DNA of 60,309 nucleotides, filler included. It is 5 parts of 5 records of this genome, joined end to end, with 100 filler letters (N's around TTAATTAATTAA, not from the genome) between each part and the next. Parts side by side here need not be neighbours in the genome. Positions count along the whole stretch, not along the records: positions 1 to 25,245 come from SRR31156797_26367; 4 more parts are not named here. The stretch is one strand, 5' to 3'. How positions within the stretch are numbered: the stretch's first letter is position 1; every line of letters starts with the position of its first letter. Both the position numbers and the translations under genes were made by a program. This document shows positions 1 through 9,919 of the stretch, in pieces. The notes beneath the pieces are model-generated. The model was given only the letters and a program-made list of their open reading frames with translations. It was not told the DNA's origin and ran no database searches.

Positions 1-905
1 ATGAACTTCTCTATATCCGTACGGCCAAGAAGGTGGTGGCGCAAAACCTCCGGCTTCTGGAACATCTCCGGAAGACGGGAGAAACCGCTTATGCCAGGGA
101 CCGGGCCGCATTGATGGATATGGTCAAGGCCCAGTCCCAGCTGGGACAGATCCGCTACGACGGGATACTTCTGGATGAACTGGAACTCACGGAAATAACC
201 CGGTTGAACGGAATCTTGAACCGCACGCCCGACGCCGGGATCGGGGAACTTGTGGAAGAGGGGTTTCAGCCCGTTGTTTTCAGTCTCAAAGGGCTTTACA
301 AACTGGCCGAGGCCAATCAGGAAGACCTTCGCATGGCCCGGGCCCTGGTGGACCGGGCCGATGCCAGGGCCGAGCTTGCGCGTTACGAGAACCTCCCCGA
401 TTTCAATGTGGGGGTATCATACTCCGCCATCGGCCGGCCCGATGGTTCCCTGCGACCCGAAGATTCGGGGAGGGACGGCCTGGGCTTCCAGGTGGGCATG
501 ACCATCCCCCTGTGGTTTGATAAGAACAGTGGGCGGGTGGCGCGGGCCGAGGCGGGGGTCCGCAAAGCCAAAGCGGCTAGGGAGGTTTCCATCAATGAAA
601 TCCGGACCCGGGTCCACGACCTTTTTTTCCGTTTGAACAATTCAAAGCGGCTCATGGTGCTTTATGGGGATGATCTTCTGCCCCAGGCCATGAACGCCAT
701 GGAGATCGCTGAAACCTGGTATCGGGAGGGTGAAGCCAGTTTTTCCGACTTTGTGGAAACCCAAAGCGTCTATTACAATTTTCAGCTCTCTTTGGCCAGG
801 GCCGGTGCCGATTATGGAAAGGTTTTAGCCGGCCTGGAGCAGCTGGTGGGTCAAACCATTACCAGGGCCTCAAGTGAGAAAAATGCCCGGGGAGAAATCA
901 AATGA
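1..905 (+). CDS. TolC/CusC-family outer membrane efflux protein, 5'-truncated
   Basis: Frame is open from the window edge. Helical OEP-type sequence (LPDFNVGVSY, GMTIPLW, YREGEASFSDF, LEQLVG). First gene of a cusBA operon. Confidence 0.85.
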   Translation, partial: ELLYIRTAKKVVAQNLRLLEHLRKTGETAYARDRAALMDMVKAQSQLGQIRYDGILLDELELTEITRLNGILNRTPDAGIGELVEEGFQPVVFSLKGLYKLAEANQEDLRMARALVDRADARAELARYENLPDFNVGVSYSAIGRPDGSLRPEDSGRDGLGFQVGMTIPLWFDKNSGRVARAEAGVRKAKAAREVSINEIRTRVHDLFFRLNNSKRLMVLYGDDLLPQAMNAMEIAETWYREGEASFSDFVETQSVYYNFQLSLARAGADYGKVLAGLEQLVGQTITRASSEKNARGEIK

Positions 906-2464
906 ACGGACCATATTTCTTCCCCTGCGCCCTGCTCCTCCTGGTCTTTGCAGGGGGCTGTTCCACCTATGCACAGCTTGACAAAGACCTTGAGCAATAC
1001 CGGCCGCCGGTGTATGCAATCCCCCCACCACGGGAAGGCCGGGAGCCGCCTGATGCTTCAGATCGTACCGGATTTGCCTTGGAAAAGAAGAAAATCGCCG
1101 CAGCAAAGGTGAAATGGGAAAAGGCAATGCAGGCTCCGCAAAGCGAGACGACTTTTTATTACCCCCCTCCCCATCTTCTGAAATCGCTCAAGCCGGCGGC
1201 GAGGGACGCTACCAAAGCCTCCCGGGCCCTGACACCCCGATTCTCCCTTGACACCCTTGAAACCCTTGTCTTTCTCCGAAACCCCGGGATCAGGGCCGCT
1301 GAAAGCAGGGCTCGGGCCGCCCTCGATACCTATAGCCAGGTCATGGCCCTGGATGACATTCTTCGGGAATATACGGCTTTTACCGAAGGGATCATGACCG
1401 GCGTGGGACCCTTTAAGGGAAAAGAACCCATGAAGACAAAGTTTCCGTTTCCGGGCGTTCTGTCTTTAAAAGGGGAGATTGTGGGCCAGGAGGTCAAGGG
1501 GGCTCTGGAAGGGCTTGAGATCGCGAAAAAAGAAGCGGTTACCCAGGCGCGAAAGGCCTATTGGAATCTTCTCTTTTTTGGTAAAGCGGAAAACATCGCC
1601 AGGGAGACCCTCGGGCTTTACCGGCATCTGGAACGGGTGGCCGCTATCCGGTACGAGACCGGAGGCACCAGCTATCAGGATGTGATCAAGGTACGCATTC
1701 GACTGGAGATTCTGGAAGTGGACCTGGATACCCTGCTGGAAAATCAGCAGAGTGTGAAATCAAAGATGCTTGAAATTCTCAACCTTCCGCCGGGAACCGG
1801 GATCGGCGTTCCTGAAGACCGCACGCCGCGCAGGATTGTACCGCCCCTAAAAGGTCTTTACAAGCTGGCCCGGGGGCGCAGGCAGGAGTTGAGGCGCATG
1901 CGGGCCCGGGTGGGCAAAATGGAAAGGCTCATTGAAATGGCCGAAACCATGATCCTTCCCCCCTATACCCTCAATCTGTCCCTTTATGAGGATGAAGCCG
2001 CAACCCGGGTGGGTGCCGCTGCCCTTAAGGACGATTTTCCGGTTTCCACCCGAGCATACGGGGGTTCGGGACTCCCCCTGATGCCGTGGTACGGCGTTGA
2101 AGACGCTTACCTTCGGCAGACACGGCAGGAGCTGGACGCCCTCAAAAATACCCTTAAAAAAGAGGAGGCCGGCACCAACACCCTTGTTCGAAACGCATGG
2201 TTCCGTCTGGATCTGGCAAACCGCCGGGAAGCCCTGTACAGAAAATCCATCCTGAAACTTACAAGAGATGTCCTTGATGTCTCCACCCAGGGGTACGAAG
2301 CGGGGAATGTTTCCTTTGCGGACGTGATCGCCTCCTATGGTTCATGGCTGGATGTTAACCTGGCCGCGGAGCGGGAAGTGAGCGCCATGGGCATCGCCTG
2401 GGCAGACCTTGAGATGGCGGTGGGGGCTCCCCTTCATGGGGGACGGAAGGAGGAGATCAAATGA
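902..2464 (+). CDS. Second TolC-family outer membrane factor, probable lipoprotein
   Basis: Hydrophobic N-terminus ending FAGGC. OEP repeats (YETGGTSYQDVI, YEAGNVSFADVI, LEMAVG). ATGA overlaps with both neighbours. Confidence 0.8.
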   Translation: MNGPYFFPCALLLLVFAGGCSTYAQLDKDLEQYRPPVYAIPPPREGREPPDASDRTGFALEKKKIAAAKVKWEKAMQAPQSETTFYYPPPHLLKSLKPAARDATKASRALTPRFSLDTLETLVFLRNPGIRAAESRARAALDTYSQVMALDDILREYTAFTEGIMTGVGPFKGKEPMKTKFPFPGVLSLKGEIVGQEVKGALEGLEIAKKEAVTQARKAYWNLLFFGKAENIARETLGLYRHLERVAAIRYETGGTSYQDVIKVRIRLEILEVDLDTLLENQQSVKSKMLEILNLPPGTGIGVPEDRTPRRIVPPLKGLYKLARGRRQELRRMRARVGKMERLIEMAETMILPPYTLNLSLYEDEAATRVGAAALKDDFPVSTRAYGGSGLPLMPWYGVEDAYLRQTRQELDALKNTLKKEEAGTNTLVRNAWFRLDLANRREALYRKSILKLTRDVLDVSTQGYEAGNVSFADVIASYGSWLDVNLAAEREVSAMGIAWADLEMAVGAPLHGGRKEEIK

Positions 2465-3834
2465 AGGGTGATGGATACGGCAAAAAAACCGGTTTCCTGA
2501 TGGTGATCGTGTTCCTGACCGTGATTCTCACGCTCCTTCTGGCCGGGGGAACCGCTTATTTCATGGGCTATCTGCGGTCGCCCGAACCGGTGCCGGGGGT
2601 CAAACATGTCACTCCACCGGTGGAACATCCTCAATCAGAACAAAAGAGTTCCTCTTCCGATACCAAAAACGGGAAAATCCTTTACTGGCGGGCCCCCATG
2701 AACCCCGCCGAAATTTATGACAAACCGGGGAAAAGCGCCATGGGTATGGACTTGGTGCCCGTCCATGAAGATGAAATGGCCGATTCCCAAGGGATTAAAA
2801 TCGACCCCGTCACCCAGCAGAACATGGGCATCCGCCTCGGGAAAGTCACCAGAGGGCCGCTCATCCATACCCTTCGGACCTATGGGCATATTACCCCGGA
2901 TGAGACCCTGACCGCCCAGGTAAATCTCAAGACCAGCGGATGGATCGAAAAGCTCCATGTGGATTTTACGGGGAAATATGTGGAAAAGGGAGAGCCCCTG
3001 TTCGACATGTATTCTCCGGAGCTGGTGGCGGCTCAGGAAGAATACCTGGTGGCTTTCCGCACCCTGGGACCATCCCGGAGTGCAGGGGGGAAGAGTATGC
3101 TGGATTCTTCCAGGAACCGACTCCGGTTTTTTGATGTCCCGGAAAGTGAGATCCAGGCCCTGGAAAAATCGGGAAAAGTCAAGAAGACCGTGATGATCCG
3201 GTCCCCCTCGAGCGGATTCGTGATCGGGAGGAATGCGGAAGAAGGATCCCATATCAAAGCGGGAACCATGGTTTTCCGCATTGCCGACCTCTCAAGGGTC
3301 TGGGTTGATGCGCATATTTACGAGTATGAGCTTTCCATGATCCAACAAGGCCAGCAGGCGGAGATGACGCTCCCCTACCTGCCGGGCAGGACCTTTTTGG
3401 GTACGGTGGCCTATGTGTATCCCTACCTGCAGCCCAAGACAAGGGATCTGATCGTCCGCCTCGTATTCGAAAACCCTGAAATGGCGCTGAAACCGGAGAT
3501 GTATGCCGACATACGGATCAAGGCTGTCTTTAAAGGGGAAGGGTTGATGATCCCTTCGGAAGCGGTCATCCGAACAGGAAGGAGGAATGTGGTATTCATA
3601 AGTGCCGCCCATGGGAAATTCGTCCCCAGGGACGTAATCCTCGGCCCTTTGCTGGACAATGAACGGGTGCAGGTCCTCGCCGGGCTGACGCATGGAGAAT
3701 CCGTTGTGGTTTCGGGCCAGTTCCTTCTGGATTCGGAAAGCAATCTCAAAGAGGCCGTCCAAAAGATGCTGGATGCCAAGGTCATCAAAAAGGTGAAGCA
3801 AGAGGAAGAGGATTTTTTCGGGGATATGGAATAA
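2461..3834 (+). CDS. cusB: CusB-type RND periplasmic adaptor with heavy-metal-binding motif
   Basis: N-terminal TM segment, YWRAPMNP...PGKSAMGMDLVP Met motif, GWIEKL, YSPELVAAQEEYL, SGQFLLDSES. Confidence 0.92.
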   Translation: MKGDGYGKKTGFLMVIVFLTVILTLLLAGGTAYFMGYLRSPEPVPGVKHVTPPVEHPQSEQKSSSSDTKNGKILYWRAPMNPAEIYDKPGKSAMGMDLVPVHEDEMADSQGIKIDPVTQQNMGIRLGKVTRGPLIHTLRTYGHITPDETLTAQVNLKTSGWIEKLHVDFTGKYVEKGEPLFDMYSPELVAAQEEYLVAFRTLGPSRSAGGKSMLDSSRNRLRFFDVPESEIQALEKSGKVKKTVMIRSPSSGFVIGRNAEEGSHIKAGTMVFRIADLSRVWVDAHIYEYELSMIQQGQQAEMTLPYLPGRTFLGTVAYVYPYLQPKTRDLIVRLVFENPEMALKPEMYADIRIKAVFKGEGLMIPSEAVIRTGRRNVVFISAAHGKFVPRDVILGPLLDNERVQVLAGLTHGESVVVSGQFLLDSESNLKEAVQKMLDAKVIKKVKQEEEDFFGDME

Positions 3835-3837
3835 GGC

Positions 3838-6800
3838 ATGATCGAAAAGATTATCACATGGTGCGTTCAAAACAGGCTCATGGTGGTCCTGTGTACCGTT
3901 TTCGTGATTGTGGCGGGGATTCTTGCCATGGGGAAAACACCCATAGATGCCATTCCCGATCTTTCCGACGTGCAGGTGATCATCTACACAGAGTATCCGG
4001 GACAGGGTCCCCGGGTGGTGGAAGACCAGGTCACCTACCCACTCACCACGGCAATGCTGGGCGTCCCCTTCGCAAAGGTGGTCCGGGGATACTCCTTTTT
4101 CGGCTATTCCTTTGTTTACATCATTTTCGAGGACGGGACGGATCTTTACTGGGCCCGTAGCAGGGTTCTGGAATACCTCAATTTTGTGGCGGGCAAACTC
4201 CCTTCCGGCGTAACGCCGAGCCTCGGGCCCGATGCCACCGGGGTTGGCTGGGTTTATGAATATGTATTAAAGGACACCACCCGGACCAAGGACCTCCAAC
4301 AACTCCGAAGCATCCAGGACTGGTTTCTCCGTTACGAACTGGCATCGGTTCCCGGTGTTTCGGAGGTGGCCGGCATCGGCGGTTTTGTGAAGCAGTATCA
4401 GGTGGAGGTGGATCCCAACAGGCTGCTGGCCTTCGATCTCTCCATAGAAAAAGTGAAAACCGCCATCCTCAGGTCCAACAAAGATGTGGGCGGCAGGCTC
4501 GTGGAGATGGCAGAGACGGAATTCATGGTGCGGGGCCTGGGATATATCAGGTCCCTTCAGGATCTGGAGCAGGTTGCACTGGGGGTGGACCGGCAGGGGA
4601 CACCCATCCTGCTGAAGCATATCGCCCACATCCACCTGGGACCCGAATTGCGACGGGGTATCCTGGAATGGGACGGCGAAGGAGAGGCGGTGGGCGGCAT
4701 CGTGATCATCCGCACCGGTGAGAACGCCCTTCGGGTCATCGAGAACGTACAAAAAAAATTAAAGGAGCTCCGGCGGGGACTGCCGGCGGGCGTGGTCATT
4801 TTGGAGGGGTATAATCGCGCCGATCTGATCAGAAGCGCCATTCATACCCTGAAGCGGAAGCTCATGGAGGAAATGACGGTGGTGGCCCTCATCTGCCTCC
4901 TTTTCCTGCTCCATTTCCGCTCGGCGTTTGTGGCCGTTTTCACGCTCCCTGTGGGCATTCTCATGGCCTTTATGGCCATGAACATATTGGGGATCAATGC
5001 CAACATCATGAGCCTCTCCGGTATTGCCATCGCCATCGGCGTCATGGTGGATGCCTCCGTTGTCCTCGTTGAAAACGCCCACAAACATCTGGCCCGGGAC
5101 GGGGGGAAAAAGTCCCACACAACCATTATTCTGGATTCGGCAAAAGAGGTGGGGCCGGCGCTCTTTTACAGCCTCCTGATCATCACGGTTTCATTCCTGC
5201 CGGTGTTCAGCCTGACGGAAGAGTCCGGCCGGCTCTTTAAGCCGCTTGCCTACACCAAAACCTTTGCCATGGCCGCATCCGCCCTACTGGCCATCACCAT
5301 AGTTCCGGTGCTCATGACCTTTTTCGTCCGGGAAAAAACCTTCAGTCCCGAATGGACCCGGCGCCGAAGGGTGGGGATATGGATTTTTTCGGCGGCGGGC
5401 CCTCCCGTGTTGGTGATTGCAGGGGGGATCGCCGGTTTGACGCTTCCTGAATGGTCCCTGGCGGGGGCACTGGTGATTTCCCTGTTTGCACTGGTGTGTC
5501 TTGCGCCCCAGCGGATCATAACGGAATCAAGAAATCCCCTGAGCCGGTTTTTTATCCGGCTCTACCGGCCCATCATCCTCCGGGTCCTGAAGTTGCCCAA
5601 AATCACGGTTGTGGTCTCCCTGGCATGTTTGGGGGTCTCCATTTTCCCCCTCTCCCGTCTGGGGAGCGAGTTCATGCCGCCATTGAACGAGGGAAGCCTT
5701 CTTTACATGCCCACCACCCTTCCCGGCATTTCCATCACCAAGGCCAGGGAACTGCTGCAGCAAACCGACAAAATCATCCAGAGTTTCCCGGAAGTCCGGC
5801 ACACTTTGGGAAAGATCGGCCGTGCCGAGACCGCCACCGATCCGGCGCCGCTGTCCATGATCGAAACAACCATTACCCTCTGGCCCGAGGAGGTACATGA
5901 AAAGATCCCCGTTAAACGGTTTTTTTCCGACTGGCCGGGGTGGCTCAAAGAACCTTTTACCTGGATTTGGCCCGAGGTTCGGGACGGAAAAATCCTTCAC
6001 CAATGGCGCAAGAAAAAGATCGAACGTTTTTTTTCCGACTGGCCGGAATGGTTGAAAAGACCCCTTTCATGGATATGGCCCGAACAACGCTATGTGACCA
6101 TGGATGAGCTGGTGGGGGAGCTGGACCGGGCGGTCCGGTTTCCCGGGCTCACCAACGCATGGACCATGCCCATTAAAACCCGCATCGACATGCTTTCCAC
6201 CGGCATCAAGACACCGGTGGGGATCAAGGTCATGGGGCCCAACCTTCAGGTCCTTACGGACCTGGGGGCGGAAATCGAAGCGGTGGTGGGTCAGATTCCG
6301 GGAACCCTTTCCGCCTATTCCGAGCGGATTACGGGGGGGAACTATCTGGATTTCAATATCAGGCGGGACCAGATTGCCCGGTACGGCCTTACGGTTGCCG
6401 ACGTGCAGGATGTTATTGTCACGGCCATCGGCGGAAAGAATATCACCCATACGGTGGAAGGGCTGGAGCGATATCCGGTGAATCTTCGCTACAGCCGGGA
6501 GTTAAGGGACAACATCGATCTGTTGAAAGGGGTCCTGGTCACTGCGCCCACCGGAGCGCATATCCCGCTGGGGCAGCTGGCCACCATTTCCATACACAAA
6601 GGGCCGGCCGCCATAAAGACGGAAAACTCTCGGCCCAGCGTCTGGGTCCATGTGGATCTCACGGGTGTGGACGTGGGAACCTACGTGGAAAAAGCCAAGG
6701 GTATCGTATCCCGGCAGGTGAAGCTGCCCGTGGGTTATTCCATGGTATGGTCCGGGCAGTACGAATACATGGAAAAGGCCCGCAAAACCCTCAATCTGGT

Positions 6801-7323
6801 GGTACCGTTGACTTTAGCGATTATCTTTATTTTACTCTATATGCATTTCCAGAGTTTCAGCGAGGCGTTTATTGTCATGGCAAGCCTTCCCTTCGCCCTT
6901 GTGGGGGGGGTCTGGCTCCTTTATCTTCTGGATTACAACCTGTCCGTTGCGGTGGTGGTGGGCTTTATCGCCCTGGCGGGCCTGGCCGCGGAAACGGGGG
7001 TGGTCATGCTGGTCTATCTGGACCAGGCATTTGACCGCGGGCGCCGGGAGGGAACCCTTAACTCCCCGGGAGGGTTGCGGGATGCCATTCTGGAGGGGAC
7101 GGTTGAAAGGGTGCGGCCCAAACTCATGACCGTATCCACCACCCTCATCGGTCTATTGCCCATCATGTGGGGTGTGGAGACCGGAAGCCAGGTCATGAAA
7201 CGCATTGCGGCCCCCATGGTGGGGGGCCTGATTTCATCCACCGTGTTGACACTGGTGATTATTCCGGCCATTTATTCCCTCTGGAAGGGGTGGAACCTGA
7301 GAAAAGGAGAAAAAAATGAATAA
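3838..7323 (+). CDS. cusA: CusA/CzcA-family heavy-metal RND permease, Cu(I)/Ag(I) type
   Basis: DAIPDLSDVQVI, GPDATGVGWV, RVRPKLMT, IAAPMVGG. Met-triad contexts LYMP, PLSMIET and RIDML are retained. Confidence 0.95.
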   Translation: MIEKIITWCVQNRLMVVLCTVFVIVAGILAMGKTPIDAIPDLSDVQVIIYTEYPGQGPRVVEDQVTYPLTTAMLGVPFAKVVRGYSFFGYSFVYIIFEDGTDLYWARSRVLEYLNFVAGKLPSGVTPSLGPDATGVGWVYEYVLKDTTRTKDLQQLRSIQDWFLRYELASVPGVSEVAGIGGFVKQYQVEVDPNRLLAFDLSIEKVKTAILRSNKDVGGRLVEMAETEFMVRGLGYIRSLQDLEQVALGVDRQGTPILLKHIAHIHLGPELRRGILEWDGEGEAVGGIVIIRTGENALRVIENVQKKLKELRRGLPAGVVILEGYNRADLIRSAIHTLKRKLMEEMTVVALICLLFLLHFRSAFVAVFTLPVGILMAFMAMNILGINANIMSLSGIAIAIGVMVDASVVLVENAHKHLARDGGKKSHTTIILDSAKEVGPALFYSLLIITVSFLPVFSLTEESGRLFKPLAYTKTFAMAASALLAITIVPVLMTFFVREKTFSPEWTRRRRVGIWIFSAAGPPVLVIAGGIAGLTLPEWSLAGALVISLFALVCLAPQRIITESRNPLSRFFIRLYRPIILRVLKLPKITVVVSLACLGVSIFPLSRLGSEFMPPLNEGSLLYMPTTLPGISITKARELLQQTDKIIQSFPEVRHTLGKIGRAETATDPAPLSMIETTITLWPEEVHEKIPVKRFFSDWPGWLKEPFTWIWPEVRDGKILHQWRKKKIERFFSDWPEWLKRPLSWIWPEQRYVTMDELVGELDRAVRFPGLTNAWTMPIKTRIDMLSTGIKTPVGIKVMGPNLQVLTDLGAEIEAVVGQIPGTLSAYSERITGGNYLDFNIRRDQIARYGLTVADVQDVIVTAIGGKNITHTVEGLERYPVNLRYSRELRDNIDLLKGVLVTAPTGAHIPLGQLATISIHKGPAAIKTENSRPSVWVHVDLTGVDVGTYVEKAKGIVSRQVKLPVGYSMVWSGQYEYMEKARKTLNLVVPLTLAIIFILLYMHFQSFSEAFIVMASLPFALVGGVWLLYLLDYNLSVAVVVGFIALAGLAAETGVVMLVYLDQAFDRGRREGTLNSPGGLRDAILEGTVERVRPKLMTVSTTLIGLLPIMWGVETGSQVMKRIAAPMVGGLISSTVLTLVIIPAIYSLWKGWNLRKGEKNE
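5917..6084 (+). repeat. Two 60-nt in-frame direct repeats (RFFSDWPxWLKxPxxWIWPE) inside cusA
   Basis: Copies at 5917-5976 and 6025-6084, period 108 nt. Confidence 0.9.
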
Positions 7324-7738
7324 ATCTGTTGTTGCTCCGGTTTTGAGAGTTGTTTTTTTTCCATTGATGATATCTGTTTTTTCGGTGATCAGTTTTGGAG
7401 TCGCCGGGGATCATCCCCACAGCCCGGGGGTCAAGATCCATACATCCACCGTGGATGGGTATCGATTCGATTACGCCCTGTACCATTTCCCTGAAAGAAA
7501 GACCCAACACCTGATGGTGACCGTTACGGGTCCGGAGGGAACACGGCTGAAACCGGGAAAGGTGGGTTTCTTGGTGACAGGACCCGATGGTACAAAACAA
7601 AAGGCCATGGCCATGGGCATGAAAGACGCTTACGGCGCGGATATGGATTTGGGAAAGAAAGGTGTCTATTCCATCAAAACAAAGGCGGTTTTCGGAGACA
7701 AAAAGGTGTTCGACCGGTTCAGTTACGAAATTAAATAG
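7316..7738 (+). CDS. Small exported protein with His/Met-rich motifs
   Basis: RBS AGGAG, overlaps the cusA stop, hydrophobic N-terminus, GDHPH and KAMAMGMKDAYGADMDL. Confidence 0.75.
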   Translation: MNKSVVAPVLRVVFFPLMISVFSVISFGVAGDHPHSPGVKIHTSTVDGYRFDYALYHFPERKTQHLMVTVTGPEGTRLKPGKVGFLVTGPDGTKQKAMAMGMKDAYGADMDLGKKGVYSIKTKAVFGDKKVFDRFSYEIK

Positions 7739-7756
7739 GTGCCGGACAGAAATCAT

Positions 7757-7887
7757 ACCCTGCGTGGCGGGAACGTGAAATCCTGAAGCTCATAGCAGAA
7801 GGATACAAGAATAGGGAGGTGGCTGAAGCTCCTTTCATAAGCCCGAAGACCGTCCAAAAACATCGCGCCAATGTACCTGAAACTTAA
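7757..7887 (+). pseudogene. Remnant of a LuxR/NarL-type HTH domain
   Basis: From 7768 reads REREILKLIAEGYKNREVAEAPFISPKTVQKHRANVPET*. No in-frame start after the stop at 7732, and the domain ends prematurely. Confidence 0.8.
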
Positions 7888-8245
7888 GAAGTTTTTCATT
7901 TTGCATTTCCAGCTGATTCTGGTATACTTTTAGTTTGTGAACAAGTTTCCGGGTATCCTCAATGGGTGCATTCTCAATGTTTTCCGCCCGACTTCGAGGA
8001 GACTTCTTTAATCAGAAAGAAATTTTCCTCCAGAAAAACGCCCTGTTTTCCTTTCTAACATACAACATTCACCCTATTTATGTTTTCGGTTTGGTCTTTG
8101 AGGGAAAAGATTCATGGAGAATAAAAATGTAACGGCGCAAGAGGTTTTTGTTGCCATGGTCGATGGGGCCATTGAAGATCCGCGTAAGAGCGGGTTGGAT
8201 ATAAAAGTGATTTTTAGACCACTTAAATAAGAGGAGGACAAAATC

Positions 8246-9874
8246 ATGTTTTGCTATCAATGTGAACAGACTGCAAAAGGCACGGGTTGTACGGTGCAAG
8301 GCGTGTGCGGAAAGCCGCCCGAAGTGGCGGCTCTTCAGGATTTGCTTCTCTATAATCTCATGGGACTGGCCCAGGTGGCAGTGGAGGGAAGAAAGGTAGG
8401 CATCTCGCATAAAGACGTCAATGTCTTCACCGTTAAAGCGGCTTTTGCCACTTTGACAAACGTGGATTTCGATCCGGTTCGTTTCGTAGAACTGATCAAC
8501 AACGCCGTGAGGAAACGGGAAACGCTCAAAGAGAAGGTCAAATCCGCCGGCGGCCATGCGGATTGGCCTGAAGGTCCCGCCATGTTTCATCCCCAACCCG
8601 CTTTGGCCGATTTGGTCAAGCAGGGCGAAGCGGTGGGTTTAAAGTCCTATCCAGGAGATAATCCGGACATACTTTCCTTGAAGCATACGGTCCTCTTCGG
8701 CATAAAAGGGGTGAGTGCCTATGCTGACCATGCCCAAATTCTGGAACAAGAGGATGAAACGGTTTACGCATTTGTACACGAAGGGCTTTCGGCCATTCAA
8801 AGGGATGACTTATCCCTGGATGAATGGGTGGGGCTTACCCTTGATTGCGGGAAAGCCGCGCTGAGGGCCATGGAACTCCTTGACGCCGGAAACACAGGCG
8901 TTTACGGCCACCCTGTGCCGACCAAGGTGCCGTTGGGCCACAAAAAGGGGAAGGCTATCCTGGTCTCCGGGCATGATTTAAGAGACCTTGAAGCGCTTCT
9001 CAAACAGACAGAGGGCAAGGGCATCAATATCTATACGCACGGGGAAATGCTCCCGACCCATGGTTATCCCAAGCTGAAACAATATGGGCATTTCTACGGC
9101 CAATTCGGCACGGCTTGGCAGAAGCAGCTAAAGGAGTTCGCTGAATTTCCCGGCGCCGTTTTAATGACCACGAACTGCATCCAAAGACCCAGCAAAAAAT
9201 ATGAGGACAACCTGTTTACCAGCGGCATGGTGGGATGGCCCGGTATTCCTCACATATCCGGCCTGAATTTTCAACCCGTTATTGATAGATCCCTGGCCCT
9301 CCCCGGATTTCAGAGAGACGAAGCGGGACCTGAGGTAACCGTCGGATTTGCCCGCAATGCAGTTCTGGGTGTTGCAGACAAGGTCATCGAAGGGGTTAAG
9401 TCCGGCGCCATACGGCATTTCTTTCTGGTCGCCGGCTGCGACGGCGCCAAGCCGGGACGGAATTATTACACCGAATTCGTGGAAAAAGTCCCGAAAGACT
9501 GCATCGTTTTGACTTTGGCCTGCGGCAAGTATCGTTTCTTTGACAAAGATCTGGGTGATATCGGCGGCATTCCCCGCCTTCTGGACGTGGGCCAGTGCAA
9601 TGATGCCTACTCGGCGATTCAAATCGCTTCGGCCCTTGCCGAAGCGTTCGATACCCAGGTAAATGACCTTCCCCTTTCGCTTATTATATCATGGTATGAA
9701 CAAAAGGCGGTGTGTGTGCTGCTGGCCCTATTATATCTCGGCATCAAGGGCATCCGCCTGGGTCCTTCTCTCCCTGCGTTTATTACGCCTAATGTGCTCA
9801 ACACCTTGGTGAAAACTTTTGAAATTGAACCCATTTCAACACCGGATGAAGACCTTAATGCGTTATTGGGCTAA
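8246..9874 (+). CDS. hcp: Hybrid cluster protein (hydroxylamine/NO reductase)
   Basis: MFCYQCEQT...GCT..GVCGK, SGHDL, YTHGEMLP, GCDG, GQCNDAY, SWYEQKA. Strong RBS GAGGAGG. Confidence 0.98.
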   Translation: MFCYQCEQTAKGTGCTVQGVCGKPPEVAALQDLLLYNLMGLAQVAVEGRKVGISHKDVNVFTVKAAFATLTNVDFDPVRFVELINNAVRKRETLKEKVKSAGGHADWPEGPAMFHPQPALADLVKQGEAVGLKSYPGDNPDILSLKHTVLFGIKGVSAYADHAQILEQEDETVYAFVHEGLSAIQRDDLSLDEWVGLTLDCGKAALRAMELLDAGNTGVYGHPVPTKVPLGHKKGKAILVSGHDLRDLEALLKQTEGKGINIYTHGEMLPTHGYPKLKQYGHFYGQFGTAWQKQLKEFAEFPGAVLMTTNCIQRPSKKYEDNLFTSGMVGWPGIPHISGLNFQPVIDRSLALPGFQRDEAGPEVTVGFARNAVLGVADKVIEGVKSGAIRHFFLVAGCDGAKPGRNYYTEFVEKVPKDCIVLTLACGKYRFFDKDLGDIGGIPRLLDVGQCNDAYSAIQIASALAEAFDTQVNDLPLSLIISWYEQKAVCVLLALLYLGIKGIRLGPSLPAFITPNVLNTLVKTFEIEPISTPDEDLNALLG

Positions 9875-9919
9875 TGTGAGAATTCTTTTAATATAAACGT
9901 ATATCAGGGAGGGGAAGAC

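Noticed and set aside
8140-8200. HcpR/FNR-type box upstream of hcp
   Set aside because: Best candidates (TTGCCATGGTCGA) match poorly and have the wrong spacing.
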